Assembly: GCA_965644295.1 (NCBI GenBank)
Contig: CBFFRP010000032.1
Span: 1-64,000 of the forward strand
Origin: Paraphysomonas bandaiensis
Lineage: Eukaryota; Protista; Chrysophyceae
Reading direction: 5' to 3'
Length of the DNA stretch: 64,000 nt
A model generated the notes under the pieces. It saw only the letters and a list, made by a program, of their open reading frames with translations, ran no database searches and was not told where the DNA came from. How positions within the stretch are numbered: position 1 is the stretch's first letter; the number at the start of each line of letters is the position of its first letter. The position numbers and the translations under genes are program-made. Below, one piece after another: positions 37,659 to 48,161 of the stretch.

Positions 37659-40600
37659 CTACTTCGAAAACACACGACTTCTTTCCCTATCACGCCGCTC
37701 CACTACAGGTTTCTTTTCACTTTTACCTACTTTTTTGCTTTTGGAATGTGTCGCAGTTTGGGCTCCACCAAGATCAGATACAAAAGGATTGTACTTCCCA
37801 CCTTGTTGAGACGAACCACCTGCAGTGGGGACGGGCATCAAAGACTCTCCTCTAGACTGGCTTTGTCCCGCCAGCGCACCAAGTGCAGCTCCATGCGGCA
37901 CCCGCGAGTAGTCAAATGAGGATGCCTAAATTAACAATCCGTCAAGTCCACAGAGCCAATATAAGTTCACACACTCACCACCTTAGTCTTATCACTGCTG
38001 CTAGAATTCGTTTTGTGTTTTCCAGTGCTACCGCTCCTATTTCTGTTACTACCCTTACTATCCTAGAGGGCAAGATTACGGGACTAAACAGTACAACTGA
38101 TCACTATACCACTGATGGAGGTTGACCTCGACTTGCGTGCAACTTCTCCTCCCCCTGTTGTGCAGTGCTATTGGCTTCTTCGTTTGCAAGATGTTTCTCC
38201 GTTACCATACTCTTTCCCGTCTTTTCTATCCCAACCACGGTGTCAGCTAAGTCAAGCTAATATAACGTCATTCCAAATAATGCCAATGCATCAGAAACCC
38301 TACCGCTCCTTCAGCGCATTTCTCCTCGTGCTCTGCACCTGCTTCGTACCACTCAGACCCGCCATCTCTTTGCCCACACACTTGCATCTTCTGGCTACTG
38401 AGGGCGTCTCGATTCCTTTTTTTGTCCTTATTACGCCATCTGTTGCGGTTAGATATGTCGTATATCTCTGCCATTGACTGAGGGAGGGCGTCCAAACTGG
38501 AGGCTGAGCTAACTGCTCCGCTAGTCGGTCCACTCTCGGTTTTAGTATCACACACAGAAGCAACGGGGCTAAAGTGGGATACATCGTTTTCGTTATTAAA
38601 TACACTGTTGCGCTGAAGCTCCTGATGTGCCTTCTCCATTCTGGCGATCATTGCCGCACCTACATCTGTGGGGCTCTGCAAGCAGCGTATATGAAACGAG
38701 CAAAACGCAGAATACGAAATCAACACTACTAACCATAGCTCGCAAAACAGAACCCCTAGACGAACTTTCGTGGTACACAGGAGACGAAGTGGAAGTAGAT
38801 CGCCACATGGCATTGTTGAACAACTACATACAGCGACCCATGAACATTGTAAACGGCATATATTTCCACTAAACCTGTGGCCACTCCGGGTCTGACACCA
38901 CGTCAGGACTGGCGACTACTTTTCCAAGTGCGCCAGGAGATGCAACGGAGTTCCGCCCATCCTTTCCAATTGGGATGGTGACTGATGGAGTGATCTCCCC
39001 TACAGTTGTACATCCTTGCAGTCTGCGAATTTGACCGTGTTTGTTCTGCGAGGCCTCACTGACACTCCGTTTTGGTCGTATCACTTCCATGGAGTTATTT
39101 TCGTGTACATCGTCCACTGAGACATCACTAGAGTCTCTACGTGTCCGGGAGCAAATAGCAGGGTCGGTGGCCGGAGTGGATATGGCTACCTCAGTAGGTC
39201 CAAACCCCATCTGTTCGCGCAGAGCACCAACCACCTCTGCAATATGATCACGAACATATTTACTAAGTGGTGCACACGCCAAGACTCCCGCCTCATCGAT
39301 GGGGACCGCCCGGCCCAATCGAAATAGTTCAGCGTTGGACATAATGAATAGCGTACTTTCGTCTTCCCGGCGCGCAGCCAAGTCACGCCAGTTCCATAGC
39401 GCTGCGAGAGCCGCATTTTGCTCGGCAGATATATCCAATTGCTGTTTTTTTGTCCCTGAGCGAGCGTCGAGAAGCTTTGTATATCCTGATGGGTAGAATG
39501 GGTCTTTCTCATATCTCTTGAGGCAGGTGCGTTGTGAGGCGACGAGAACGGCCTCTATACCCGCCGAACCCTGCGATGCATGCACATCCCGACGCACACA
39601 GTCGTAGATGTATAGCAGATAATGCGTATCGCTGCGTGCATATTCAATCATGTCACTGGGAAGGGGGCGCTGGCGCCAATCAGATAGCTGATGCTTTTTA
39701 TTGAGTGTGATACCACAATGGTATTTGAGTAGGTGGGATAGAGATAGGGCAGGATATCTCAAGGCTTTAGCAGCATGGTATGTGTCAAAGCAGTTAACAA
39801 CATAGAGTCCGAAGTCTCGTTGGAGCCATAGAATGTCACTGTCACATCCATGAAAGACCTTAACCACCTCCGGATCACTGAATAATGGCAAAAATATAGA
39901 CATATCTCGCCTGAGCGCGAGTGTATCGATAATGTAGTCTTTTTCCCTCGTTGACACCTATGGAAAACAATGTGTCAAAGATATTGATACCATTTAATAA
40001 GCGTACCTGCATGAGGCAGGTAATCCCCTGGAAAGACCGATAGCTATGATGCTCGAGGTCGATGGCAATTTCCTTAAAGCATTCCATTTCTTCCACCGCG
40101 CGTTGTAGTTCGTCAAGGTCATCTATGTACTCGAAGGGTCGTGCTGCGGCAGCGGCAGGCATCACCGGACTGATGTAAGCTGAGTCCGTCAGCTGCTGCT
40201 CTTGATGTATTCGTGTGCAAAGAGCTTTGATCTCATCCTCATATGGATGGGGATAATAAGTACTCGGGGCGATAGCGAGTTCATCAGGCGACTCTACAGG
40301 CAGGTCGCAAATGTCAAGGGGTGTACGTGCATGGGGCTTCGTTCGTAACCGCGGACGAAATGGTCGACTCCGTGAGTTGTCAATCTCCTCAAGAAATTGA
40401 AGCTGTGGTTTAGGTATGTCACATGTATTCTCCCGGAGAAGTCTGTCACGATCAACGCTCAGAGACTCCTTTATCGTGGACGATTGCCTTGGAGTTTCTC
40501 CACTAGCTTCATCAAGCTGCATATCAGCACTTTCTAACAGCATATCAATCATATCAACAACCATCTCGTACAAAGATGAGTCCATGAGGTCGGTGGTCAT

Positions 40601-40882
40601 ATCAGTAGACGGCTGTATAGTGTCACTTATCAGCTTAATGAGATCCGTTACTTCCTTTGAGAGGCCCTCTGCTGATGAAAGGAACTGAGGGAAGGTAGAG
40701 AAGTATCCGTAATCACCATCTGCGGGACAAGTGAGTGATATAGATGTATATTACAGGCTCATACTCTCTGCGCTGGGGATACTGTTCGAGGCTCGTGTAG
40801 ACACCACTAGAGATGTCATCAGGCCGCGTATGAAGGCATCAGTGGGCTCGGAGTTGAGTATCACCTCGTCGATAGAGGACAT
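37659..40882 (-). CDS. EXOSC10: Exosome 3'-5' exonuclease RRP6/EXOSC10, multi-exon
   Basis: IPKPQLQF, YPHPYEDEI, IAIDLEHHSYRSFQGITCLMQ, KVFHGCDSDILWLQRDFGLYVVNCFDT, DWRQRPLP..YARSDTHYLLYIYD and HRDC LWNWRDLAARREDES. Confidence 0.95.
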
Positions 40883-42436
40883 GGCTGATAACACAGTTGT
40901 GCTCTTAGTTTAGTTCCATCTGTGGAAATACCACACTGATGTATGCACTGATCCATATATACAGAGCGAGTGAATGTATACGCACTGTATGCATACATAC
41001 CATACACATCTTACCATACATATACAACATATACAGTGGTGTATACGGTGTCCTCACTCCACTGGAATGACTGTGTGTTTTTGTATCCAGCCAATCGACT
41101 GGTACTCCGTACTGCAGACTGTACAGCTGTACCAGGCATCCATCCCATCGTACACCATACAACATACACATATACATACACATATACTGCAGTATACCGT
41201 GGTATACCAGAATTATACTGTGGCCGGTATACAGTGTATGTATGATACTGTATACATATATACTGCAGAATGGGACATCAGGATCTCGGTCCTCTCTCTC
41301 CAACTGAGTGCAGAAGATATCTATAAACAAAGTCCAGCTGATGAGAAAGAATGGAGCTGGTGCTTATTCACTACATGTCCGTTAATGCGATCCATGCTCA
41401 CAGAGTGTTTGTAGCCTCATACCGAATGTACGGCTACTAAAGACAACTTCGAGATTTATCCGACATCATTCTCTTTAAAAACACGACTTTTCTAGTGATA
41501 TTCCACAGTTTTAAGCTTAGGTAAAAAGTTTATGGTGTGTGCTGGAAGTGTGCAACTCATGCTTCACGGCATTTAACCACTCCTTTACGAGTAATATCTA
41601 CATGACGATTATCAGAAACTGGCAGACGTCTTAGCCCTAACCTATCTTAGTATATTTGGTGTCTGGGAACAATTCTACAGGTCTATTCCCGAAAATTAAA
41701 AGGGAATTTTCTCTGTAGCGTGGTTTGTGATTGTGATACGTTCGATATTTAAATAGTTTTGTTTCCTTATTCGTAGGCTTTATGCTAACACAAGAATTAA
41801 CTTTCTTATGATGGTGCAATTACATTATATTTCATATATACCAGGTATCCATCGCAATGCTTCTCGAAGGGGAAACCCTTGGCGCAGATTTAAAGTTTGT
41901 CGCAGCAATCTACATCTCAGGGATACCTCCCATACAGTTGACTAAAACATCCCGTACAGTGAAGGGTGGTAGAACTATGCTGCTCATAGTAATAGGTAGT
42001 ATATTATATATATATATATGATAGCCCAAAAGTGAGCAATCTGTAAGCGGGAAATGGGACATATTTCTTTTAGATATAATAACAGTTATAGGTATAATAT
42101 CTCCGTATGAAAATTATTGCATATTAAATATTAGCCCTAATCAAATCCACATACATCGTCAATGAACTAAACACTATTCCAATCAACATTGGAGTATAAC
42201 AACATCAGATAGAGCAGCGCACAACATTTTATATAAAACCCCACGCTCGAAATACCTCTACCGAGTACCTTTAGTTCTGTACCACTTATGCTACAATTAA
42301 CGATTTACATTTCTACATACATTCCATTGCGGTCGACTCACAATACTACAAATTTCCAGTTTTTGTCGTCGGTGAAAATGAACGCGACGTAGCATAAATA
42401 CACAAATACAAACGTGATACGTGAATACACATACTA

Positions 42437-44023
42437 TTAACCGCAACCACTTTGCGGTTGATAAGATTTAGCTCGAGCCACGGGAATGGGCACGTCAGTG
42501 TCAGATGCATCTCCCTCGCTACCACACTCATCAATTCTCTGCAGTGCCTCAGACATGAGAGAATCACTCACGCTCCGGTGCATCTTCCCCTCCGTATTAC
42601 TTTTAACGACATCTCGTAGATGCCGCAAGTCACTGTCACTGAGCCCCAGACTGATGGCGGCTCCACTCCAGCTCACACGGCGGAGGCGTTTGATTCGTGT
42701 ATTGGGCTTAAAATCACCTGTCGTGGCATCAGAGAAAGAGGAGGACACGTAGACAAGGGAGCCTATTGTCTGCAGAGCAACACCCGCCCAGACATATGCA
42801 GAAGGCCAAGGGGGTGCGTTGAAGCAAACTAACGAGACTACAAGTGCAAGAGTTTTATTGGCGTTGTTCACTAACTGGCTAGCAAGACAATTCACTTCTA
42901 CTGATATTTCCATTGTATAGTACCTATTTGCTTGAGCGCACAGCGTTGTACCCAGCAAAAGTACGATGGATATTGGAATAGAAAATCCCAACACATTCAC
43001 GGAGTGTTCAGGACTAGTAATTACCCGTAGGGAGGGCTGCAAAGACTCCCACTGCAGTGCGAATAGCGGCAACGACAAAAAGTGCTGCAGGAATATGTGC
43101 TCACATACATCCGCATTATACCGTTGTATCAGCATGCTGCCCGTGGGAATCATAACCGAAATGGCTAGAATTGCCACAAAAATACAGCTTAGCCCATAAG
43201 GAAGGTTAGTGGCACCTCCAGGGGCAGAACCTGAGGAAGAGATAGTCATGAGGATGCAACCCGCGCTTATAACAACCACGGACAGATACTGGCTTGCGCT
43301 AAATGTACGACCAAAGAGATATTTACCAACAACCAATCCCGCGACCAGCTGTAGGTTAGTACATACTATGAACACGGGCATCGGCAAATACAACGTGGCT
43401 ACTGATTTGAAGTAGAGGAATGCAAATGAGAGAAATACAATGAGGGCATGCCATCGCATGGGTATACGTGGGGCCGCAATATATTCCCCTGCATTGGGAA
43501 GACATGCAGCTACTATCCATATATGCAACACTAGAGCAGCCAATAGGGATGAACTGGGCTCCATCTCAACCAGCAGCTCGAAAAGAACATTGCTCATAAA
43601 CCCGGAAATTACTGCCAGGGCAATCTTCATAATGAGAGATGTATTGGAGGGTGAGTCATCAACAGAAGTAGTATCTGCAATAGAAAGAGTGGACGCCAAA
43701 ATCTTCTCATTATCAGAAACATTCTCGTCGCTGTCTACAGTATCATCATATATATCTGAGTGCAGATCAACTTCACTCAGAAAGAAGTTCTCGCCAATAT
43801 CTCTAGGGGAGGAAGCGGAACGCCTCCGCTGCAGCATTGTCGGCATGTTCGAAGAAAAAGAGAGCCGCCTCTCACCCATATCGTTAGTAGGAGGGTTGGC
43901 TGTCGAGCTGTAATCAGGCATCACTATAGATGTCGCTGCTGGTGAGGCTGATGGTCGGCCGCTCTGCATAACTGGAAGATTGCTGACATGCAGTAATGAA
44001 CACAATGAAATGTTAAGGTGCAA
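42437..44023 (-). CDS. Nucleotide-sugar transporter, UAA/SLC35B4 (YEA4)-like; true start probably downstream of 44023
   Basis: Multiple hydrophobic segments; GFMSNVLFELL, PRIPMRWH, LPMPVFIV and GRTFSASQYLSVVVISAGCILMT match SLC35B4-type motifs. Confidence 0.75.
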   Translation of the reverse strand: MHLNISLCSLLHVSNLPVMQSGRPSASPAATSIVMPDYSSTANPPTNDMGERRLSFSSNMPTMLQRRRSASSPRDIGENFFLSEVDLHSDIYDDTVDSDENVSDNEKILASTLSIADTTSVDDSPSNTSLIMKIALAVISGFMSNVLFELLVEMEPSSSLLAALVLHIWIVAACLPNAGEYIAAPRIPMRWHALIVFLSFAFLYFKSVATLYLPMPVFIVCTNLQLVAGLVVGKYLFGRTFSASQYLSVVVISAGCILMTISSSGSAPGGATNLPYGLSCIFVAILAISVMIPTGSMLIQRYNADVCEHIFLQHFLSLPLFALQWESLQPSLRVITSPEHSVNVLGFSIPISIVLLLGTTLCAQANRYYTMEISVEVNCLASQLVNNANKTLALVVSLVCFNAPPWPSAYVWAGVALQTIGSLVYVSSSFSDATTGDFKPNTRIKRLRRVSWSGAAISLGLSDSDLRHLRDVVKSNTEGKMHRSVSDSLMSEALQRIDECGSEGDASDTDVPIPVARAKSYQPQSGCG

Positions 44024-44423
44024 GAAGTATAGATGATCTGTCCATTTTCTGGGAAATGTGAGACGTATCTATAAACATACATGACACGTGGGCATATAAA
44101 TGTCTGACCCATCCATACATACATAATACATACATACGTGCACAACATCTAGTAGAATCAACTGTTTTGTATTCCGTATTCTGTGTTATGGAGAACGGCA
44201 TACGGGTGTCTTGATGGTTCCATATGTTACAATGTGCACCATCTGTACTGTACGTTTCTGTCAACTTTTATCCACGCACTCGTTTTTCCACAAAAACACT
44301 CTCTCCACACCCATTCCGACGACTCTCCAATTCTGACACGAGCATTCCACAAGCATTCCATTCTACCCCTGGTGGACTCAAATTATACCCACAACTCCAT
44401 TACACTGTACAATATGTAACAAT

Positions 44424-45965
44424 ATGGCTGCAGCTCATCACCACGATGGTGGCGATATATTCGTGTTTGCTCCTTCCGAGAATTTGGTGGCCGCTCACCT
44501 CCCATCACTCCGCGATGTTGTTCCAGAACACACCGTACTTCACGGTGGGCAGGAAAGGTTCAAATCGAACACAAGAAATCCACCACAAGATGGTGTGAGG
44601 TGTCCTGGGTGTCTTCATCATTATACCATCTGGAAGGGATTCCTGAAACACGTGCGCGCAAAGAAAGATGTTCGACGGCTACCAATAACAAATGACGAAG
44701 AAAGGGACGACGTGTTCTACTGCAAAGCCGCAGAGATGAAAAAAGCAAGTAAAGATGATCGCTTGGAGTGCACTCGTTGTCCTGTGTGCATGTCGAGTGC
44801 GGAGTTGCAAGCAGCATTAAGGCACGACTGTCCCATCAGCAACGCCACCACATTCATACCTCCAATGGGCAGGTGCAAGGGTTGTGATTTAATTGTTAAA
44901 GTGAAGTGTAGCTGTCCCGTATGCAATGTGGCGCCCCATAGTGTTGAGTTTAGGATTCAGCCTGATCCGTGGTCGGATTGTCCCTACCCTAAGTATCCAC
45001 AGCATGCTGAAGTCATCTCGGAGTACGATAAGAAGCGGCGACAGATTTACATGAATGCACTGGCCGAGCAGACTCGAATGAACAGCACTAGAGCGTCTTT
45101 TGAGGTCAATAACTTTGCTCTAATTCATTTGAATAAACTCCTGCAAGAGCCGGATGGATACATTGTGCTGTCAGAGTTGGAGCGCCAAGCACCTGGATTT
45201 CTTGAGCGTTGCGGGGCATCAGATACAGTTATGTCCAGAGTTCGGGAAGAACACCAGAAAGACCAGACGGACCAACGATCTTTTTTACTTCATCCCCATG
45301 CCACCTACCGATTAGTTGAAACCATGAAGAATCTTGAGGCGGCCATTGATATGGATGTTCCGATTAAGTCTTTGATTGCAACCATTTCCCGACATAATGC
45401 TGTGCGCCTATTAACAGAGGAGCAACGAAAGGCACTGGACGACGCATCTGTGCGCGCGGTTGCTTCGGCTCCACCGGAATATGTGGAGGGAGTTACAGAC
45501 ATTCCTAATGCAGACGATGGGTTGGCTGCCAAAAGACGCCGCATGGAGGAGAACGGTTGTGCTCCAACCAGTGCCCCTGAGCTGAGTGCAGTTGAACTCC
45601 AGGCCCGTGAGGAGACTGTGACTTTCCTGACATTCTTCAGACAACAGTTGTACGCTCACTTTGTTGCTTTAAATATTGGAAGAGAGGCCCAGGTGTTATA
45701 TGAGGACTGCAAAGAAACAATCGCACGGCTCCTCACCATCAGTGTCTCAGAAAACAAGCGGCTTGCGGACAGAATTTTTTCCCTGCTACATCCAGTGTCG
45801 GCTCCACTGTCGCCAAATAACGCGTACAGTCACGATACAGAGATGGACTTGAAAGGTTGTGTGGCTGCTGTCAATGCGGTGGTGGTTGTGTTGAGGCCTG
45901 ATTTAGTTCATGATTTGAATGAGCTGAAGCTGGAGCCCACTTCAGATGGCACTTTCCCGGAGTAG
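44424..45965 (+). CDS. Unknown 513-aa transposon-borne protein with Cys/His-rich (Zn-binding-like) N-terminal third and a putative NLS
   Basis: Intronless intact ORF; CPGC-x12-H, CTRCPVC, HDC, CKGC, CSCPVC..H; AAKRRR; the start codon lies inside the left TIR. Confidence 0.8.
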   Translation: MAAAHHHDGGDIFVFAPSENLVAAHLPSLRDVVPEHTVLHGGQERFKSNTRNPPQDGVRCPGCLHHYTIWKGFLKHVRAKKDVRRLPITNDEERDDVFYCKAAEMKKASKDDRLECTRCPVCMSSAELQAALRHDCPISNATTFIPPMGRCKGCDLIVKVKCSCPVCNVAPHSVEFRIQPDPWSDCPYPKYPQHAEVISEYDKKRRQIYMNALAEQTRMNSTRASFEVNNFALIHLNKLLQEPDGYIVLSELERQAPGFLERCGASDTVMSRVREEHQKDQTDQRSFLLHPHATYRLVETMKNLEAAIDMDVPIKSLIATISRHNAVRLLTEEQRKALDDASVRAVASAPPEYVEGVTDIPNADDGLAAKRRRMEENGCAPTSAPELSAVELQAREETVTFLTFFRQQLYAHFVALNIGREAQVLYEDCKETIARLLTISVSENKRLADRIFSLLHPVSAPLSPNNAYSHDTEMDLKGCVAAVNAVVVVLRPDLVHDLNELKLEPTSDGTFPE

Positions 45966-46486
45966 ACCCTTAGCATTGTGTCTTTTCTTTTTATAAATTA
46001 GTTTGTTTTCTTATTATAGCCTGCTGATTCCAGATATAGCCTTTTATTATTATTGCTTTTCGCTGTTATTATTATTCAATCGTTGTCAAGAAGTTTTATA
46101 TAAATTTTATTATTGTTAATTAATGTATTAATTATTAATCATATTATGTCATCACTAGAACTGTGTAATAATCACACATTCACCCAAATTTTTAATGGAC
46201 TCATTTTGAGCCCAAATTACACAAGCTTACTCTCATCACTATTGCCGTGAGCACTGCGCTTTCAATTTCGTATGAAACTAGTAATTACAATGTGAAAAGT
46301 GAAAAGCATTCCACCGACATATAGCTAATAATATATTAAACAGATTAATATCATTTGCAAGGTATTGCAATATACTGTTCCAAATTACTTAAGAATAATA
46401 ATTTAGAATAGTTAAGAATAAATAACCAGATTAATAAATACTAAGTGCAGCGCAGTCACAACGTGCACTACAACCACATAGCACCC

Positions 46487-47443
46487 CTATGATTGTTCAC
46501 CGCGGTAAGGTGTGTACGGATACGTCGGGACATAAAAGTGTGCAGCTGCCATATACTGTTTGACGTCAAACCTACTAATTGTATCCAAAGCCGTCCTTAA
46601 CCAAAACTTTAATGAATTGGGCGTGACTTGTGGACTATGCTCTTGAAGAAACTTGTCCACGTAACTGAATACCCATTCCACTGGTGCAAAGGTAGGGGAC
46701 GAAGCAGGACGAAAGACAACATAATGTCCAGCATCCGTTAGAGCTTTGACCACAACTCCAAAATGAGCACTCAAGCGATCCATTGTAATGACACGTCTCC
46801 CAGTACCCTCAAGACTGGGAATTAACAGGTACACAACAAAGTGGTAGAATACCTCCGAAGTTGTGCCATGTGGATAAAATATGTTGTTGATCACACCTTT
46901 GCGAGCGTCGATAGCAACTAGCAATGAGTAGTGGGGCAGCATGCGGGCTTTGTTTCCAATAGAACTGCTTGAGGTGCTCCCAAGAGAGTGACCACAGACA
47001 CGCCGTGAATTGGAGACGTAAAAGCCGCTTTCGTCTAAGTCCACAATGTCCCGATAATAAACCCCAAGCACACCCGGTCGCAGTGAATGATCAGGCGGAT
47101 TGACCCAAAATGCCACTCTATCATTCTCGTCAAGATACTTGGCGATGTACTTCATATGCTTTTTCTTGAAACCAAGTCGGAGGAGTGCTCTGCACACTGT
47201 GGATCGGCTCACAGTCACGTTGCAAACAATTCTCAGAAACTCTGCGCATTCAAGCAGAGTGGTATCCTTAAAACAACATTTGTACCAAAACAATACTGTA
47301 TATTGATGCCTAGACAAACCATGTTGTGATATTCCTTCCTCTGCCTCAACAGGCTCATGCTCAACAAGTCTGTGATCAATTCGAAACACCGGATGATCAT
47401 AAATGAAGTCTTCAGAAAGATCCAATACAGGAGCTGCAGCCAT
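46487..47443 (-). CDS. IS630/Tc1-type DDE transposase (DD33E)
   Basis: Winged HTH TTLLECAEFL..VSRSTVCRALLRLGFKKK; catalytic VDLDESGF, VITMDRLSAH, RPASSPTFAPVEWVF with 33 residues between the second D and E. Confidence 0.92.
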   Translation of the reverse strand: MAAAPVLDLSEDFIYDHPVFRIDHRLVEHEPVEAEEGISQHGLSRHQYTVLFWYKCCFKDTTLLECAEFLRIVCNVTVSRSTVCRALLRLGFKKKHMKYIAKYLDENDRVAFWVNPPDHSLRPGVLGVYYRDIVDLDESGFYVSNSRRVCGHSLGSTSSSSIGNKARMLPHYSLLVAIDARKGVINNIFYPHGTTSEVFYHFVVYLLIPSLEGTGRRVITMDRLSAHFGVVVKALTDAGHYVVFRPASSPTFAPVEWVFSYVDKFLQEHSPQVTPNSLKFWLRTALDTISRFDVKQYMAAAHFYVPTYPYTPYRGEQS

Positions 47444-47637
47444 ATTGTTACATATTGTACAGTGTAATGGAGTTGTGGGTATAATTTGAGTCCACCAGGG
47501 GTAGAATGGAATGCTTGTGGAATGCTCGTGTCAGAATTGGAGAGTCGTCGGAATGGGTGTGGAGAGAGTGTTTTTGTGGAAAAACGAGTGCGTGGATAAA
47601 AGTTGACAGAAACGTACAGTATACACTACATAGGCAA

Positions 47638-48161
47638 TAGTATAGGAGTATACGGGTTATCTCATAGTATAGGAGTATACGGGTTATCTCATAGTATAGG
47701 AGTATACGGGTTATCTCATAGTATAGGAGTATACGGGTTATCTCATAGTATAGGAGTATACGGGTTATCTCATAGTATAGGAGTATACGGGTTATCTCAT
47801 AGTATAGGAGTATACGGGTTATCTCATAGTATAGGAGTATACGGGTTATCTCATAGTATAGGAGTATACGGGTTATCTCATAGTATAGGAGTATACGGGT
47901 TATCTCATAGTATAGGAGTATACGGGTTATCTCATAGTATAGGAGTATACGGGTTATCTCATAGTATAGGAGTATACGGGTTATCTCATAGTATAGCAGT
48001 ATACGGGTTATCTCATAGTATAGGAGTATACGGGTTATCTCATAGTATAGGAGTATACGGGTTATCTCATAGTATAGGAGTATACGGGTTATCTCATAGT
48101 ATAGGAGTATACGGGTTATCTCATAGTATAGGAGTATACGGGTTATCTCATAGTATAGGAG
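47638..48161. repeat. 27-bp minisatellite, left half (19 full units plus a partial)
   Basis: Unit TAGTATAGGAGTATACGGGTTATCTCA; one variant unit (TAGCAG). Confidence 0.98.

Larger units (their letters stand above)
44248..47619. mobile_element. IS630/Tc1/mariner-superfamily DNA transposon with two convergent genes
   Basis: 189-bp inverted repeats, perfect by eye (44248-44436, 47431-47619), beginning CTGTACGTTTC; TA on both sides (44246-44247, 47620-47621); internal DDE transposase. Confidence 0.93.

Noticed and set aside
44424-45965. Fanzor/TnpB nuclease next to the IS630-like transposase
   Set aside because: No RuvC-I (xIDxG), RuvC-II E or C-terminal Zn ribbon plus RuvC-III (RDxNA) motifs; the cysteines are N-terminal.
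47638-48161. Telomeric repeat
   Set aside because: Only one GGGTTA per 27-bp unit and the array is interstitial between genes; not supportable from this window.
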